From positions 1-64,000 of the forward strand of contig JBDKFG010000005.1 of assembly GCA_039798785.1 (NCBI GenBank): a DNA stretch of 64,000 nucleotides, written 5' to 3'. Under the pieces are notes generated by a model that had not been told where the DNA came from, did not search any database, and saw only the letters and a program-made list of their open reading frames with translations. This DNA comes from Verrucomicrobiota bacterium. Lineage in GTDB: Bacteria; Verrucomicrobiota; Lentisphaeria; Lentisphaerales; Lentisphaeraceae. How positions within the stretch are numbered: the first letter of the stretch is position 1; every line of letters starts with the position of its first letter. Shown piece by piece: positions 36,293-45,344 of the stretch. The translations under genes and the position numbers were made by a program.

Positions 36293-36744
36293 GGCTTTAT
36301 ATGCTCGCTGAGCTTCACGATCAAGCAGGCATCCCAATCGTTTGTGTTTTCCGGTAGGATGATGACCTGGAGCGGCCCTGGCACCGCGCGATCACAAATC
36401 GCTTCGTTATCGACATGGATGTCAAAGCCGAAATCTTGCGGTCGTTTTGACCAGCGTCCGGGGCCTCGCGACAGGATCGCTTGATGTTGCTGTCCGTTGA
36501 CGACGCGATCTAACGCGATGCCGTACGCTAGAAAGAGGCGGCGGATCTCTCCTTCGGTGCGTAATGAGCTGGTGTAAATCGAGGGACGGAGCTGCTGTCC
36601 ATTCAGCCATTGGAAAAGAGCGCGGCATCCCAGGCGCAGACGCTCACGAGTCAAGATCCCACGCCACCACGACAGAGTCTCTTCCGGCTGCCCGGGGCAG
36701 ATGAGAAGACCATCGAGGTCGAAGGAGATGGAGGGGCTGCTCAT
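36289..36744 (-). CDS. HAD-like hypothetical protein
   Basis: ISFDLDG motif I, IYTSS, SKRP, IHVDN. ATGA overlaps with both neighbours. Confidence 0.7.
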   Translation of the reverse strand: MSSPSISFDLDGLLICPGQPEETLSWWRGILTRERLRLGCRALFQWLNGQQLRPSIYTSSLRTEGEIRRLFLAYGIALDRVVNGQQHQAILSRGPGRWSKRPQDFGFDIHVDNEAICDRAVPGPLQVIILPENTNDWDACLIVKLSEHIKP

Positions 36745-36959
36745 TGATAGCCGGCCCATTCACTTGAGCATAACCAATGCTTTGGAATTTCTTGGATGGC
36801 ATCATCATGAATAATTAAATTCCATGTGTGCTCCCAGCCGCCGGTGGAATAGTCAGCGATTGTAATAGCCGATTTCCAACGAGTTAGAAATTCTTGAACC
36901 TGATCGAACTCAATTGAGTCGTCAATTTGGTCAACATAGATAGTGATTTTTTGTGGCAT
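36741..36959 (-). CDS. Small hypothetical protein (AT-rich)
   Basis: 72-aa ORF whose stop overlaps the next ATG. Contains YSTGGWEHTWN. Confidence 0.65.
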   Translation of the reverse strand: MPQKITIYVDQIDDSIEFDQVQEFLTRWKSAITIADYSTGGWEHTWNLIIHDDAIQEIPKHWLCSSEWAGYQ

Positions 36960-37013
36960 GAATATTTTCCGTCTATCAAAGAAGAACTGGTCGCTTCGCG
37001 ACGAGCGCAGAAC

Positions 37014-37041
37014 ACCCGACGGGCCGTCGGGGCTCCCAGGG
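37014..37041 (-). repeat. REP-like unit, inverted partner of 35777-35804
   Basis: Its reverse complement matches 35777-35804 at 25/28 positions. Confidence 0.8.
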
Positions 37042-37055
37042 AACTGGCGGGCGAT

Positions 37056-38210
37056 TCATCTTTCGATCTTCATCGCGGGATCGTGGTAACCCTTCCAAGA
37101 GTCGACGTAACCGGGCCATTCGGCGGCGGCGAGGGCGGGGCCGACCTCGAGGGGGTCGCGGGTGTCGATCATCACCGCCACTTCGTCAGTCTGCTGGGCC
37201 GGGTTCTCCCAGGATTTCTTGAGGGCCTTGGGGTGGGGGCCGTGGGCGAAGCCGGCGGGGTGGAGGCTGAGCATGCCGGGGACGATGTTGTCGCGCGAGA
37301 AGAAGTCGCCGGCGTGGTAGAAGAGCACTTCATCGTAGTCGTCGTTGCTGTGGAAGAAGGGGACCTTGAGGGCGCCGGGATCGGTCTCGATCGGGCGGGG
37401 AGCGAAGGTGCAGATGACGAAGCGCGGCGCGACGAAGGTGCTGTGGACGCTGGGCGGCAGGTGGTAGCGGGCGCTCATCACCGGGCGCAGGTCGCGCCAG
37501 TTGAGCTTGACGACGCTGAGGTCGCCATGCCAGCCGACGGCGTCGAGAGGGTTGAAGGGGTAGCAGATGGTCGAGACGCCATCGCGGCGCTTGACCAGGA
37601 CGCGGGTCGGGATTTCGCCTTGTTGAGATTTGAAGGCATCGTCGATGCGGGGCGCAACGAGGCAGGCGGGGTCGAAAAAGGCGTGTTGGCCAAGGATGCC
37701 ACGATCGGGCAGGCCGTAGGACTCGCCGGTGGCCTCGGTCATCAGGAGTCGCAGCGGGCTAGAGGGGACGAGGCGCCACATCGTGTTGCGCGGCAGCAGG
37801 ACGTAGTCGCCTTCGCCGATCTCGAGGCGGCCGTAGTCGCAGAAGAGTTGACCGGCGCCGGCGTGGACGAAGAGCAGGTCATCGCCGTCGGCGTTGCGGG
37901 CGAGGTCGGGCATGGGCGCGGCGCAGGTCCACAGGCGTACCTTGCAGTGGGCGTTGCCGAGGGCGAGGGGCGCGTCCCAGGGCGAGGGGCCATTCGATTG
38001 CACGTCATTGGTGCGGAAGGCGCGGGGGCGGAGGGGCCCCTCGAAGCTGGTCCAGGCGGTGGGAGGGTGGGCGTGGTGCATCATCGTCGCCGGGCCGAAG
38101 AAGCCGCTGCGGCCGATCTCACGCTCGAAGAAGCCCTCGGCGGGGAAGTCGCAGTGGGCTTGGCGGGAGCTGATTCCTTCGACCTTGGGGAAGTGGATGG
38201 GGGTGCGCAT
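37056..38210 (-). CDS. hmgA: Homogentisate 1,2-dioxygenase
   Basis: RNADGDDLLFVH, PLDAVGWHGD, HLPPSVH, PFFHSNDDYDEV, HGPHP. Confidence 0.93.
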   Translation of the reverse strand: MRTPIHFPKVEGISSRQAHCDFPAEGFFEREIGRSGFFGPATMMHHAHPPTAWTSFEGPLRPRAFRTNDVQSNGPSPWDAPLALGNAHCKVRLWTCAAPMPDLARNADGDDLLFVHAGAGQLFCDYGRLEIGEGDYVLLPRNTMWRLVPSSPLRLLMTEATGESYGLPDRGILGQHAFFDPACLVAPRIDDAFKSQQGEIPTRVLVKRRDGVSTICYPFNPLDAVGWHGDLSVVKLNWRDLRPVMSARYHLPPSVHSTFVAPRFVICTFAPRPIETDPGALKVPFFHSNDDYDEVLFYHAGDFFSRDNIVPGMLSLHPAGFAHGPHPKALKKSWENPAQQTDEVAVMIDTRDPLEVGPALAAAEWPGYVDSWKGYHDPAMKIER

Positions 38211-38222
38211 GGAGCTCACAGG

Positions 38223-38254
38223 AGTTTAAGGTTTAAAGTTTAAGGTTTAAAGTT
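38223..38254 (+). repeat. Heptamer array (RGTTTAA)x4.5, one arm bracketing the MORN gene
   Basis: AGTTTAA GGTTTAA AGTTTAA GGTTTAA AGTT. Confidence 0.85.
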
Positions 38255-38606
38255 GTGGCGAGTCAAGCCTTTTCCCATGGCTGTACAATTCTTGACTCAT
38301 GATGCTGCCGTCTTTGTAATAGACAATGCGCGGACCGTGCAACTTGCCACTCAAGTAATTCACTTCTTTGGAGATCCGACCATCCTCGTCATAATCGACC
38401 CATCGGCCAACGCCTTTGCCTTCATCGTCATTTTCACCAATCTGTGCGATTTGTCCGTTCTCCCAGTAGCAAATAGCTTGTCCAAATTCAACTCCATTCC
38501 GATAGGCGCTTCTGAATTTAATTTTCTTCGATGGGTAGTAGGCCTCAAAGATTCCGCTGAAATCATCGGCGGGGTAGCTATCATCGTAGACTCGAAGTGT
38601 TTCCAT
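38247..38606 (-). CDS. MORN-variant repeat protein, YwqK antitoxin-like
   Basis: YWENGQI, GRWVDYDEDGRI, GKLHGPRIVYYKDG, YSHGK. AT-rich. Confidence 0.8.
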   Translation of the reverse strand: METLRVYDDSYPADDFSGIFEAYYPSKKIKFRSAYRNGVEFGQAICYWENGQIAQIGENDDEGKGVGRWVDYDEDGRISKEVNYLSGKLHGPRIVYYKDGSIMSQELYSHGKRLDSPQL

Positions 38607-38619
38607 GGGGACCTTGCTG

Positions 38620-38637
38620 CTTTAAACTTTAAACTTT
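38620..38637 (-). repeat. Inverted heptamer arm (TTAAACT)n containing the hppD stop codon
   Basis: CTTTAAACTTTAAACTTT, complementary to the 38223-38254 array. Confidence 0.75.
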
Positions 38638-39690
38638 CAGCGTTCCGCGATCGATCTGGTCTTGTTCCATCGATTCGAAGAGGGCTTTGAAGTTGCCTTC
38701 GCCGAAGCCTTGGTTGCCTTTGCGTTGGATGATCTCGAAGAAGATCGGGCCCATGATCGGGGTGGTGAAGATCTGCAGGAGCAGGCCGCCGTTGTTTTGC
38801 GGGTCGCCGTCGACGAGGATGCGGTTCTTCTGGAGGCGCTCGGTGTCTTCGCCGTGGCCGGGGAGGCGGTTGGGGAGCATGCGGTAGTAGGCGTCGGGAG
38901 TGTCGAGCAGCTTGATGCCGCGGGCGCGGAGTTTTTCGACGGTGTCGTAGATGTCGTCGGTGGCGAGGGCGATGTGCTGGATGCCTTCGCCGTTGTACTG
39001 CTGGATGAACTCGACGATCTGCGACTTGTCGTCGCTCGATTCGTTGATCGGGATGCGGATCTTGCCGTCGGGCGAGCTCATCGCGCGGGAGTGCAGGCCG
39101 GTGAAAGATCCCTTGATGTCGAAGTAGCGGATCTCCTGGAAGTTGAAGAGCTGCTCGTAGAACTTGGCCCAGCGGTCCATCTGGCCCTGGACGACGTTGT
39201 GGGTGCAGTGGTCGATCTCGTGGAGGCCGAGAGCGTTCTTGGCGGCTTCTGCCTCGGCACCGGGGATGGGCTCAAAGTCGATGTCGTAGATCGAGGTGCG
39301 GGAGAACTGCGGGATGAAGTAGAGGATGGCGCCGCCGACGCCGCGGACGCCGGGCAGATTGATTTCCATGAAGCCGGTGCGGCCGACGACCGGCTCGGCG
39401 CCGAGTTCCTGGGCTCGTTTCCAGGCCGCTTCGGCGTTCTGCACCTTGAAGGCGATGGCGCAGGCGCTGGGGCCGTGCTTGGCGGCGAAGGCCTCGGCCT
39501 CGGAACCCGGCTGGCGGTTGATGATGAAGTTGATCCCGCCTTGACGCCAGAGGGTGACGTTCTTGGAGCGGTGCTTGGCGACGGCGGTGAAGCCGAAAAG
39601 GCTGAACAGGGTTTCGAGATCGTTGGCATTGGGCGAGGCGAATTCGATGAATTCGAAGCCGGCGGTGCCCATCGGGTTGGTGGAATTCAT
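38629..39690 (-). CDS. hppD: 4-hydroxyphenylpyruvate dioxygenase
   Basis: NPMGTAGFEFIEF, IDHCTHNV, GEGIQHIAL, FFEIIQRKGNQGFGEGNFKALFES. Confidence 0.97.
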   Translation of the reverse strand: MNSTNPMGTAGFEFIEFASPNANDLETLFSLFGFTAVAKHRSKNVTLWRQGGINFIINRQPGSEAEAFAAKHGPSACAIAFKVQNAEAAWKRAQELGAEPVVGRTGFMEINLPGVRGVGGAILYFIPQFSRTSIYDIDFEPIPGAEAEAAKNALGLHEIDHCTHNVVQGQMDRWAKFYEQLFNFQEIRYFDIKGSFTGLHSRAMSSPDGKIRIPINESSDDKSQIVEFIQQYNGEGIQHIALATDDIYDTVEKLRARGIKLLDTPDAYYRMLPNRLPGHGEDTERLQKNRILVDGDPQNNGGLLLQIFTTPIMGPIFFEIIQRKGNQGFGEGNFKALFESMEQDQIDRGTLKV

Positions 39691-39859
39691 GAGTACAGGA
39701 TCCTTTGTTGGGTTGACTATACAATACGCCGGAAACCCGCGCTTTTCGCGTCCGCCCCTGAAAAATGTCATAAAAATCTGGGGCTGCCCTTGCTCTGTTG
39801 TCGTCCTGCTGCGAAGGAAACGCGGTGGTATAGTGCCAGGGAATCCCGAGGATCCTCCT

Positions 39860-40459
39860 GTGTTGAAAGAACTCCATCTGCTTGAATTTTTGCAGTCTCC
39901 TGCGCGGCGGGAGATTCAAGGATTGTGGTGGAGCGAGTCGGGGCCCTATCTGGTTTTCTGGCCTGGGGAAGGGATTGCGGATCTTCGTTGGGTGCTGGAT
40001 CTGGCGCGACAGCAAGGGCGCAAGGCGGCGATCCGTGTTCATCCAGGATTGAGAGATTTTGACCGGCGACTTGAGGAGGCTGCCTGGACGCGTGGAGAGG
40101 ATGGACTGGTGATGAGCGGATTAGCCGCTTCGTCGCCACCTGATCCGGAACTCGGGATCAGCTGGCAGGGTGGTCGTCTCAGTCTCTGGTTGGGCAGACA
40201 GGAGAACTGGCGCAGCCGGTGTGACCTGTATTTCAGCGAGCAAGGGGCGGCGCTATTCAATCTCGAAACCGAGATCTCGCAACAGCGCCGCGGCTACGCC
40301 CGTCGTCTTTTGCGCTGCGCTCAAAACGAGCTTTTGAAGCGTGGTGAAAGCCGTCTGATTCTCAAGGTCGGCTCGGAGAATCAGGCGGCAGTGAACCTCT
40401 ATCGATCCCTCGGTTTACAGGAATCCGGGCGTTATTGGTTCCGGATGAGCCCGAAGTGA
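39860..40459 (+). CDS. GNAT family N-acetyltransferase (start uncertain)
   Basis: QQRRGYARRLL motif A and NQAAVNLYRSLG motif B. Confidence 0.8.
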   Translation: MLKELHLLEFLQSPARREIQGLWWSESGPYLVFWPGEGIADLRWVLDLARQQGRKAAIRVHPGLRDFDRRLEEAAWTRGEDGLVMSGLAASSPPDPELGISWQGGRLSLWLGRQENWRSRCDLYFSEQGAALFNLETEISQQRRGYARRLLRCAQNELLKRGESRLILKVGSENQAAVNLYRSLGLQESGRYWFRMSPK

Positions 40460-40520
40460 GTTTTAGCGATTGTCGCAGTTTTAGCGGTTTTACCGGAGAG
40501 CTCAGCGGCGGCAGCTCTTG

Positions 40521-40602
40521 ACCCTCAAAAGACACCAAAGAACACAAAGGCTGAGCTTGAGCTTGTCAGACCTTTCTGCGCTGTTCCGCGTCTTCTGCGG
40601 TT
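40521..40602. repeat. Degenerate palindromic repeat (CACAAA-type left arm, TTCTGCG-type right arm)
   Basis: CAAAAGACACCAAAGAACACAAAG ... CTTTCTGCGCTGTTCCGCGTCTTCTGCGG. Similar units at 33811-33846, 49037-49119 and 50957-50990. Confidence 0.5.
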
Positions 40603-40672
40603 CCGCTGAGCTAATACAGGTCGAGGAACGGCGCTAGATTCCCGGCCTGAAAATTTCCGGAGATCCCCCCCG

Positions 40673-43174
40673 ATGCTGCCCGTCCGCGCCCTGCAGAAAG
40701 AGATGGAAGAAAGCCTGCGCCGCGACCGGCGCCTCGTCCTCACCGCGCCCACCGGCTCGGGTAAGTCGACCCAGGTGCCGCAGATGCTGCTCGAATCGGA
40801 ACTCTGCCCGGGACGGATCCTCGTGCTGCAGCCGCGCCGCATCGCCGCCCGCATGCTCGCCCGCCGCGTCGCCCAGGAACGAGATTCCAAGCTCGGCGAC
40901 GAGGTCGGCTACGCCGTCCGCGGCGAGGGCAAGAGCTCGAACAAGACTCGCATTCTCTTCATCACCGAAGGCATCCTGCTGCGCATGATGCAGGAAGATC
41001 CCGAGCTCGATGGAGTTTCAGCGGTCGTCCTCGACGAATTCCACGAACGCAGCTGGCAGACCGATGTCGCGGTGGCGCTGTGCGCAAAACTGGTGGCGAG
41101 ACGCGAAGGCCTGCACCTCGTCGTCATGTCCGCCACGCTCGAAGTCGAAGCGCTGAAACGCTACCTCAATTGTCCCTTCCTCAGCTCCGAAGCCCGCTGC
41201 TTCCCGGTCACCGTTGCCTGGCGTCCCGCGGCGCAGCTCAACGCCCCGATCTGGGGTCTTGCCGCAGCTGTCCTGGAAGAGATCCTGAAGTCGAAACGCG
41301 AGGGCGACGTCCTCATCTTCATGCCCGGCGGCTACGAAATCCGCCGCACCATCGAGGCCTGCAGCGCGGTTTGCGACTCCCGCGATTCGATCATCCTGCC
41401 GCTGCACGGCGAGCTCACCCCAGAGCAGCAGGACGCCGCCCTGTCGCCAAATGAAAAACGCCGCATCATTGTCGCCACCAACGTCGCCGAAACCTCGTTG
41501 ACCATTGACGGCATCATCTTCGTCATCGACGCCGGTCTCGCCCGCGAATCGAGCTTCGACCCGGGTCGCGGCATCGGCACGCTGCTGCTGCAGCCGATCA
41601 GCCAGGCCTCATCGGAACAGCGTGCCGGCCGCGCCGGACGGACCGCGCCGGGCCACTGCTACCGCCTGTGGAGCCAGGAGGAACACCGCCGCCGCGCCTT
41701 CCAGACGACTCCGGAAGTGCGCCGCATGGACCTCGCCGAACTGGTCCTCGGGCTCAAGGGCGTCGGCGTGACCAAGGTCGCCGAATTCCCCTGGTTCGAG
41801 CCGCCGCGGCCGGAATCGCTGGAGCACGCCCTGGAAGTGCTCACCGAGCTCGGCATCCTCGACGCCGACGAAGCCTTGACGCCGCTCGGACGGGAAGTCA
41901 TGCGCCTGCCCATGCACCCGCGCCTCGGACGCCTCTTGTGCGAAGCCTCGCGACGCGGCTGCCTCGAAGCGGGCATCGAGGTCGCGGCCCTGGTTTCCGA
42001 GCGCGACATCCTGCTCAAGGGACGCGAGATCCCGCGCGAACTCGCCCGCCGCCAGGAAGGCCCCGCCTCCGACCTCTTTCTCCTCGCCGATCTGCTCAAC
42101 GAAGCCCGCAAGGCGAAGTTCTCCCGCGAGGCCTGCGACCGCCTCGGCCTCAACTCCAACGCCTGCCGCACGGTGGAGGACGCCCGCCGCCACTACGCCC
42201 AGGTCTGCGAGAGCCTCGGCCTCGATTTCCGTGTCCGCTCCGAGCCCGACGCCCTGCTCAAATGCCTGATCACCGCCTTCCCCGACCACCTCGCGGTGCG
42301 CAAGGACGGCGGCAGTCTCAATGTCGGCCTGTCGAAAGGACGCCGCGGCGTCCTCGATTCCGACACCTGCGCCCGCCGCGAAAAGATCGTCCTGGCGGCG
42401 GAGATCCGCGAAGTCGGCGCCGGTGCCGCGGTGGTGACCAAGCTCTCCTCGATCTCGGAAGTGCCCTTGGCCCTGCTCGAGGAGCTCTATCCGCAGGACC
42501 TCAAGAAGGGCCTCGAATACCGCTGGAACCAGGAGCTCTTGCGGGTCGACCAACTGCGTTGCACCAGCCTCTTCGGCCTCGCCCTCGAGGAGCGCCCTTC
42601 CGGCGAAGCCTCGGGCAGCGCCGCCTCCGCCTTCCTGGTCAAGAAGATGCTCGACGGCGAGCTCACTTTGACGCAATGGAACGAAGCCTGTGACAACTGG
42701 ATTTCCCGCGTCGCCTGCCTGTCGCAATGGTTCCCCGAGAAGAAGATGATTTGCTACAGCCGCGACGATCTGGAGCTGCTCTATGCCGAGATCTGCAACG
42801 GCGCCTCGCGTTGGCGCGAGGTCAAGGACCGCCCGGTCTTTGACCACCTGGTCAACCTGCTTTCCTGGGAGGAGCAGCAATTCGTCCGCCAGATGGCGCC
42901 CGACAAGATGGATCTTCCCGCCGCCAAGAAGGCGGTGCGCATCACCTATACCCTCGGCCAGCAACCCAAGGCGACCTGTTACATCCAGGATCTCTTCGGC
43001 CTGACCGAATCCCCCTCAATCGCCGCCGGCCGCGTCAAGCTGCTGCTCGAGATCGTCGCCCCCTCGCGACGCCCCTTGCAGGTCACCGAAGACCTCGCCG
43101 GTTTCTGGGAGCGGCTGTATCCTCAGATCAAGCCGGAGCTGCAGAGGAAGTATCCGCGGTGGAAGTGGGAGTGA
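40673..43174 (+). CDS. hrpB: ATP-dependent RNA helicase HrpB
   Basis: APTGSGKST, DEFHER, MSAT, ATNVAETSLTI, QRAGRAGR, C-terminal LQVTEDLAGFW...YPRWKW. Confidence 0.95.
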   Translation: MLPVRALQKEMEESLRRDRRLVLTAPTGSGKSTQVPQMLLESELCPGRILVLQPRRIAARMLARRVAQERDSKLGDEVGYAVRGEGKSSNKTRILFITEGILLRMMQEDPELDGVSAVVLDEFHERSWQTDVAVALCAKLVARREGLHLVVMSATLEVEALKRYLNCPFLSSEARCFPVTVAWRPAAQLNAPIWGLAAAVLEEILKSKREGDVLIFMPGGYEIRRTIEACSAVCDSRDSIILPLHGELTPEQQDAALSPNEKRRIIVATNVAETSLTIDGIIFVIDAGLARESSFDPGRGIGTLLLQPISQASSEQRAGRAGRTAPGHCYRLWSQEEHRRRAFQTTPEVRRMDLAELVLGLKGVGVTKVAEFPWFEPPRPESLEHALEVLTELGILDADEALTPLGREVMRLPMHPRLGRLLCEASRRGCLEAGIEVAALVSERDILLKGREIPRELARRQEGPASDLFLLADLLNEARKAKFSREACDRLGLNSNACRTVEDARRHYAQVCESLGLDFRVRSEPDALLKCLITAFPDHLAVRKDGGSLNVGLSKGRRGVLDSDTCARREKIVLAAEIREVGAGAAVVTKLSSISEVPLALLEELYPQDLKKGLEYRWNQELLRVDQLRCTSLFGLALEERPSGEASGSAASAFLVKKMLDGELTLTQWNEACDNWISRVACLSQWFPEKKMICYSRDDLELLYAEICNGASRWREVKDRPVFDHLVNLLSWEEQQFVRQMAPDKMDLPAAKKAVRITYTLGQQPKATCYIQDLFGLTESPSIAAGRVKLLLEIVAPSRRPLQVTEDLAGFWERLYPQIKPELQRKYPRWKWE

Positions 43175-43177
43175 ACC

Positions 43178-43522
43178 ATGAGTAGCAGCTTCAGATTCAA
43201 GGCTTCGCACGCCAATTTAAGCACCAAAGAGATTGGAGCATTGCGGCGCATCAGTCCGTACTCAATCGCCGAGATTCAACGAAGAGCCGCTTCACAACAG
43301 TCCCTACTAGACATTCCAGTTTTCTCGGGTGAGTGGCCAGCAAGTAAAGCCACGGTTGTTTCGCTTCTAGATGGCATCGAAGAGTCTTGCCTTCCGTTAG
43401 AAGTCTACACGGTAGACATTCAGGCCAGTTCGCAAGAGGCTGAGGAACTCCTCTCTGTCGAACAAGCACGCCAATATCTTCAGTTCTTACGAGAAATCGC
43501 GCTGGAAGAAGGCATAGAGTGA
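43178..43522 (+). CDS. Hypothetical protein (lower GC)
   Basis: 114-aa ORF starting 3 nt after the hrpB stop. Confidence 0.6.
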   Translation: MSSSFRFKASHANLSTKEIGALRRISPYSIAEIQRRAASQQSLLDIPVFSGEWPASKATVVSLLDGIEESCLPLEVYTVDIQASSQEAEELLSVEQARQYLQFLREIALEEGIE

Positions 43523-43536
43523 CGGCAGGCATCAAG

Positions 43537-44175
43537 TCACGTCGTCGGCCATTCCTTCGCCCAATCCGGTGATTCTTCCGGTTCCGGATTCATCGCGCCG
43601 AGATCGACGATGAGCTTGTCGCCGCGCATCAGTTTTCCGTCCTGGTATTGGAAGGGGCGTCCGTCAGCATCCAGGCCTGCGTTGTTCGCAAAGTGGCCAC
43701 GCACGGGGGCGGATTGCGGCAAGGATTGTTTCGGAGCCCCGCGGCCGATGCCGCGCTGCAGGATGGTGAAATCCTTGGGGACTCGACCTTTCAGCAGAAC
43801 GAGCGAATTCCAGTGGCCTTGCTCAATGATCAAGGTGCGATTGTCGACGAAGGCGGTGCCGCCATAGCAGTCGTCCTTCGGCCAGAGAGCCAGAGCGCTG
43901 AGCCAGGGTGGGCGGCTGATCGCCACCCAGGTGTCTCCGACTTCGCTGACGCCGTTGTATTTCGAAGCGGTGTAGGCGAAGAGCGAGCCGTCGGGCGACA
44001 GCGAGGCCTGCTCGGGGCGCAGAAAACCGCGGAACCAGGCGCCGGGAACGACGCTGTCATCTTCGGTGTTCCAAAGCAGAAGGCGCGTCCAGGCATTCGG
44101 TCCACGGCGCAGGATCACCGCCTTGGGGGAAGCTGCGGCGAAGAGGAAATGCAGGCGTGGAGGGGGTTTGGACAT
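43537..44175 (-). CDS. Hypothetical protein
   Basis: Protein-like sequence AVILRRGP...GAWFRG...LSPDG...WVAISRPPWLSALALWP. Confidence 0.7.
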   Translation of the reverse strand: MSKPPPRLHFLFAAASPKAVILRRGPNAWTRLLLWNTEDDSVVPGAWFRGFLRPEQASLSPDGSLFAYTASKYNGVSEVGDTWVAISRPPWLSALALWPKDDCYGGTAFVDNRTLIIEQGHWNSLVLLKGRVPKDFTILQRGIGRGAPKQSLPQSAPVRGHFANNAGLDADGRPFQYQDGKLMRGDKLIVDLGAMNPEPEESPDWAKEWPTT

Positions 44176-44220
44176 GGGGCCAAGATAAGTATCCAAAGAA
44201 ACGCACGCAAGCTTCTCTCC

Positions 44221-44249
44221 TTGAATCACGAGTCAATTTCCTGTACAAT
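44221..44249 (+). promoter_or_regulatory. Sigma70-type promoter, probably leaderless for 44256
   Basis: TTGAAT-17 nt-TACAAT. The ATG begins 7 nt after the -10 box and no SD is present. Confidence 0.55.
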
Positions 44250-44255
44250 GAAAGC

Positions 44256-44786
44256 ATGAAAGACCAGCTCAAATCACCTTCCTCGGAAACCCGCCTCCTG
44301 ATCGCGGGCCTCTTGGTACTGGTGGCAGTGGTGCTGCTCTTCCCGATTTTTGCGCCTGGGCTGCTCTGCCGGATGGTCAAATCCGAGCGTTGTAAAGAAT
44401 GCCGGGCGGAGCGCAAGTCGGAGCAGCGGGTGATCTTCGGCTTCAGGGGGGATTATGTGGTGACCACTTTGGCGCAAGATCAGGTGGCGAAGGATTTCCT
44501 CCCCCCGACTCACCGGCACCAGTGGGTTTATTCCCATGAATCGTCGCGAGATCTGATCTACAATCGCAATGGTTTTTGCTCCATCGGTTCCGGTCGCCAT
44601 GTGAGCGAGCTGTTTCGTCGTTATGTCGATCCCCGCGATCCTTTCCGCACCGCCGTGATGGCCAAGATCCAGGCGGGTCAGTGGCCGGCAGACTCGGTGC
44701 GCCGGATTCTGATTCACGATCGCTCGCTTCTGCCTGCCGAGCTCACGGCGCTTGCCGCAGAGATGGGGGAGCTTCCCAGCGATTAA
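44256..44786 (+). CDS. Hypothetical protein with an N-terminal TM helix and Cys/His motifs
   Basis: LLIAGLLVLVAVVLLFP, CKEC, HRHQW. Confidence 0.65.
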   Translation: MKDQLKSPSSETRLLIAGLLVLVAVVLLFPIFAPGLLCRMVKSERCKECRAERKSEQRVIFGFRGDYVVTTLAQDQVAKDFLPPTHRHQWVYSHESSRDLIYNRNGFCSIGSGRHVSELFRRYVDPRDPFRTAVMAKIQAGQWPADSVRRILIHDRSLLPAELTALAAEMGELPSD

Positions 44787-44810
44787 CCTCTGCATCCAAT
44801 GGAATCTTGC

Positions 44811-45123
44811 CTAAATCAGGATGTCCTTCAGCACCTTGGCGGGGAGGACGCCGGTCAGGCCGAGCTCGACCCCGGTGACCCGCACCTTGAACTTGTCGTA
44901 GTTGGTAGTTGAGCCCGAGGGTGTGGAGGACGGTGGCGTTGAAGTCGCGGACTTCGACCGGTTTGTCGATGACCCGGAAGGAGAAGTCGTCGGTGCTGCC
45001 GTATTCGATGCCGCCCTTGACGCCGCCGCCGGCGAGCCACTGGGTGTAGCACTTGGCGTGGTGGTCGCGGCCGTCGCCGCCCTGGGAATACACGGTGCGT
45101 CCGAATTCGCCGCCCCAGGAGAC
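44811..45123 (-). pseudogene. DUF1501-type 3' fragment, frameshifted
   Basis: WGGEFGRTVYSQG...GRDHH...WLAGGGVKGG..YGSTDD...HTLGLN, then a frame change at the 7-bp duplication 44898-44911 to YDKF...LTGV..AKVLKDILI. 5' part is absent. Confidence 0.8.
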
Positions 45124-45344
45124 CTGCCATGAACAAGCTCAATCGCCGGAACTTCCTCATGAACAGCGCGCAAGCTTTGACCGCGGCTTTGGCCTGAGCC
45201 CGCTTCTAGAGTCTTTAACGGGGAGATTCCTACGGGACGAGGTATCGGCATCACTCCATGCATTCCTCATCTCCGGCCAAGCCGTGTGAAAAACCGGAGC
45301 CGAACTAGATTGCGGCATTCCAGAACCCAACCCGAGCAGAGATC

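Noticed and set aside
32500..38640. Integron cassette array
   Set aside because: No integrase, and no consistent attC RYYYAAC...GTTRRRY boxes. Inserts are bracketed by inverted repeat pairs instead.
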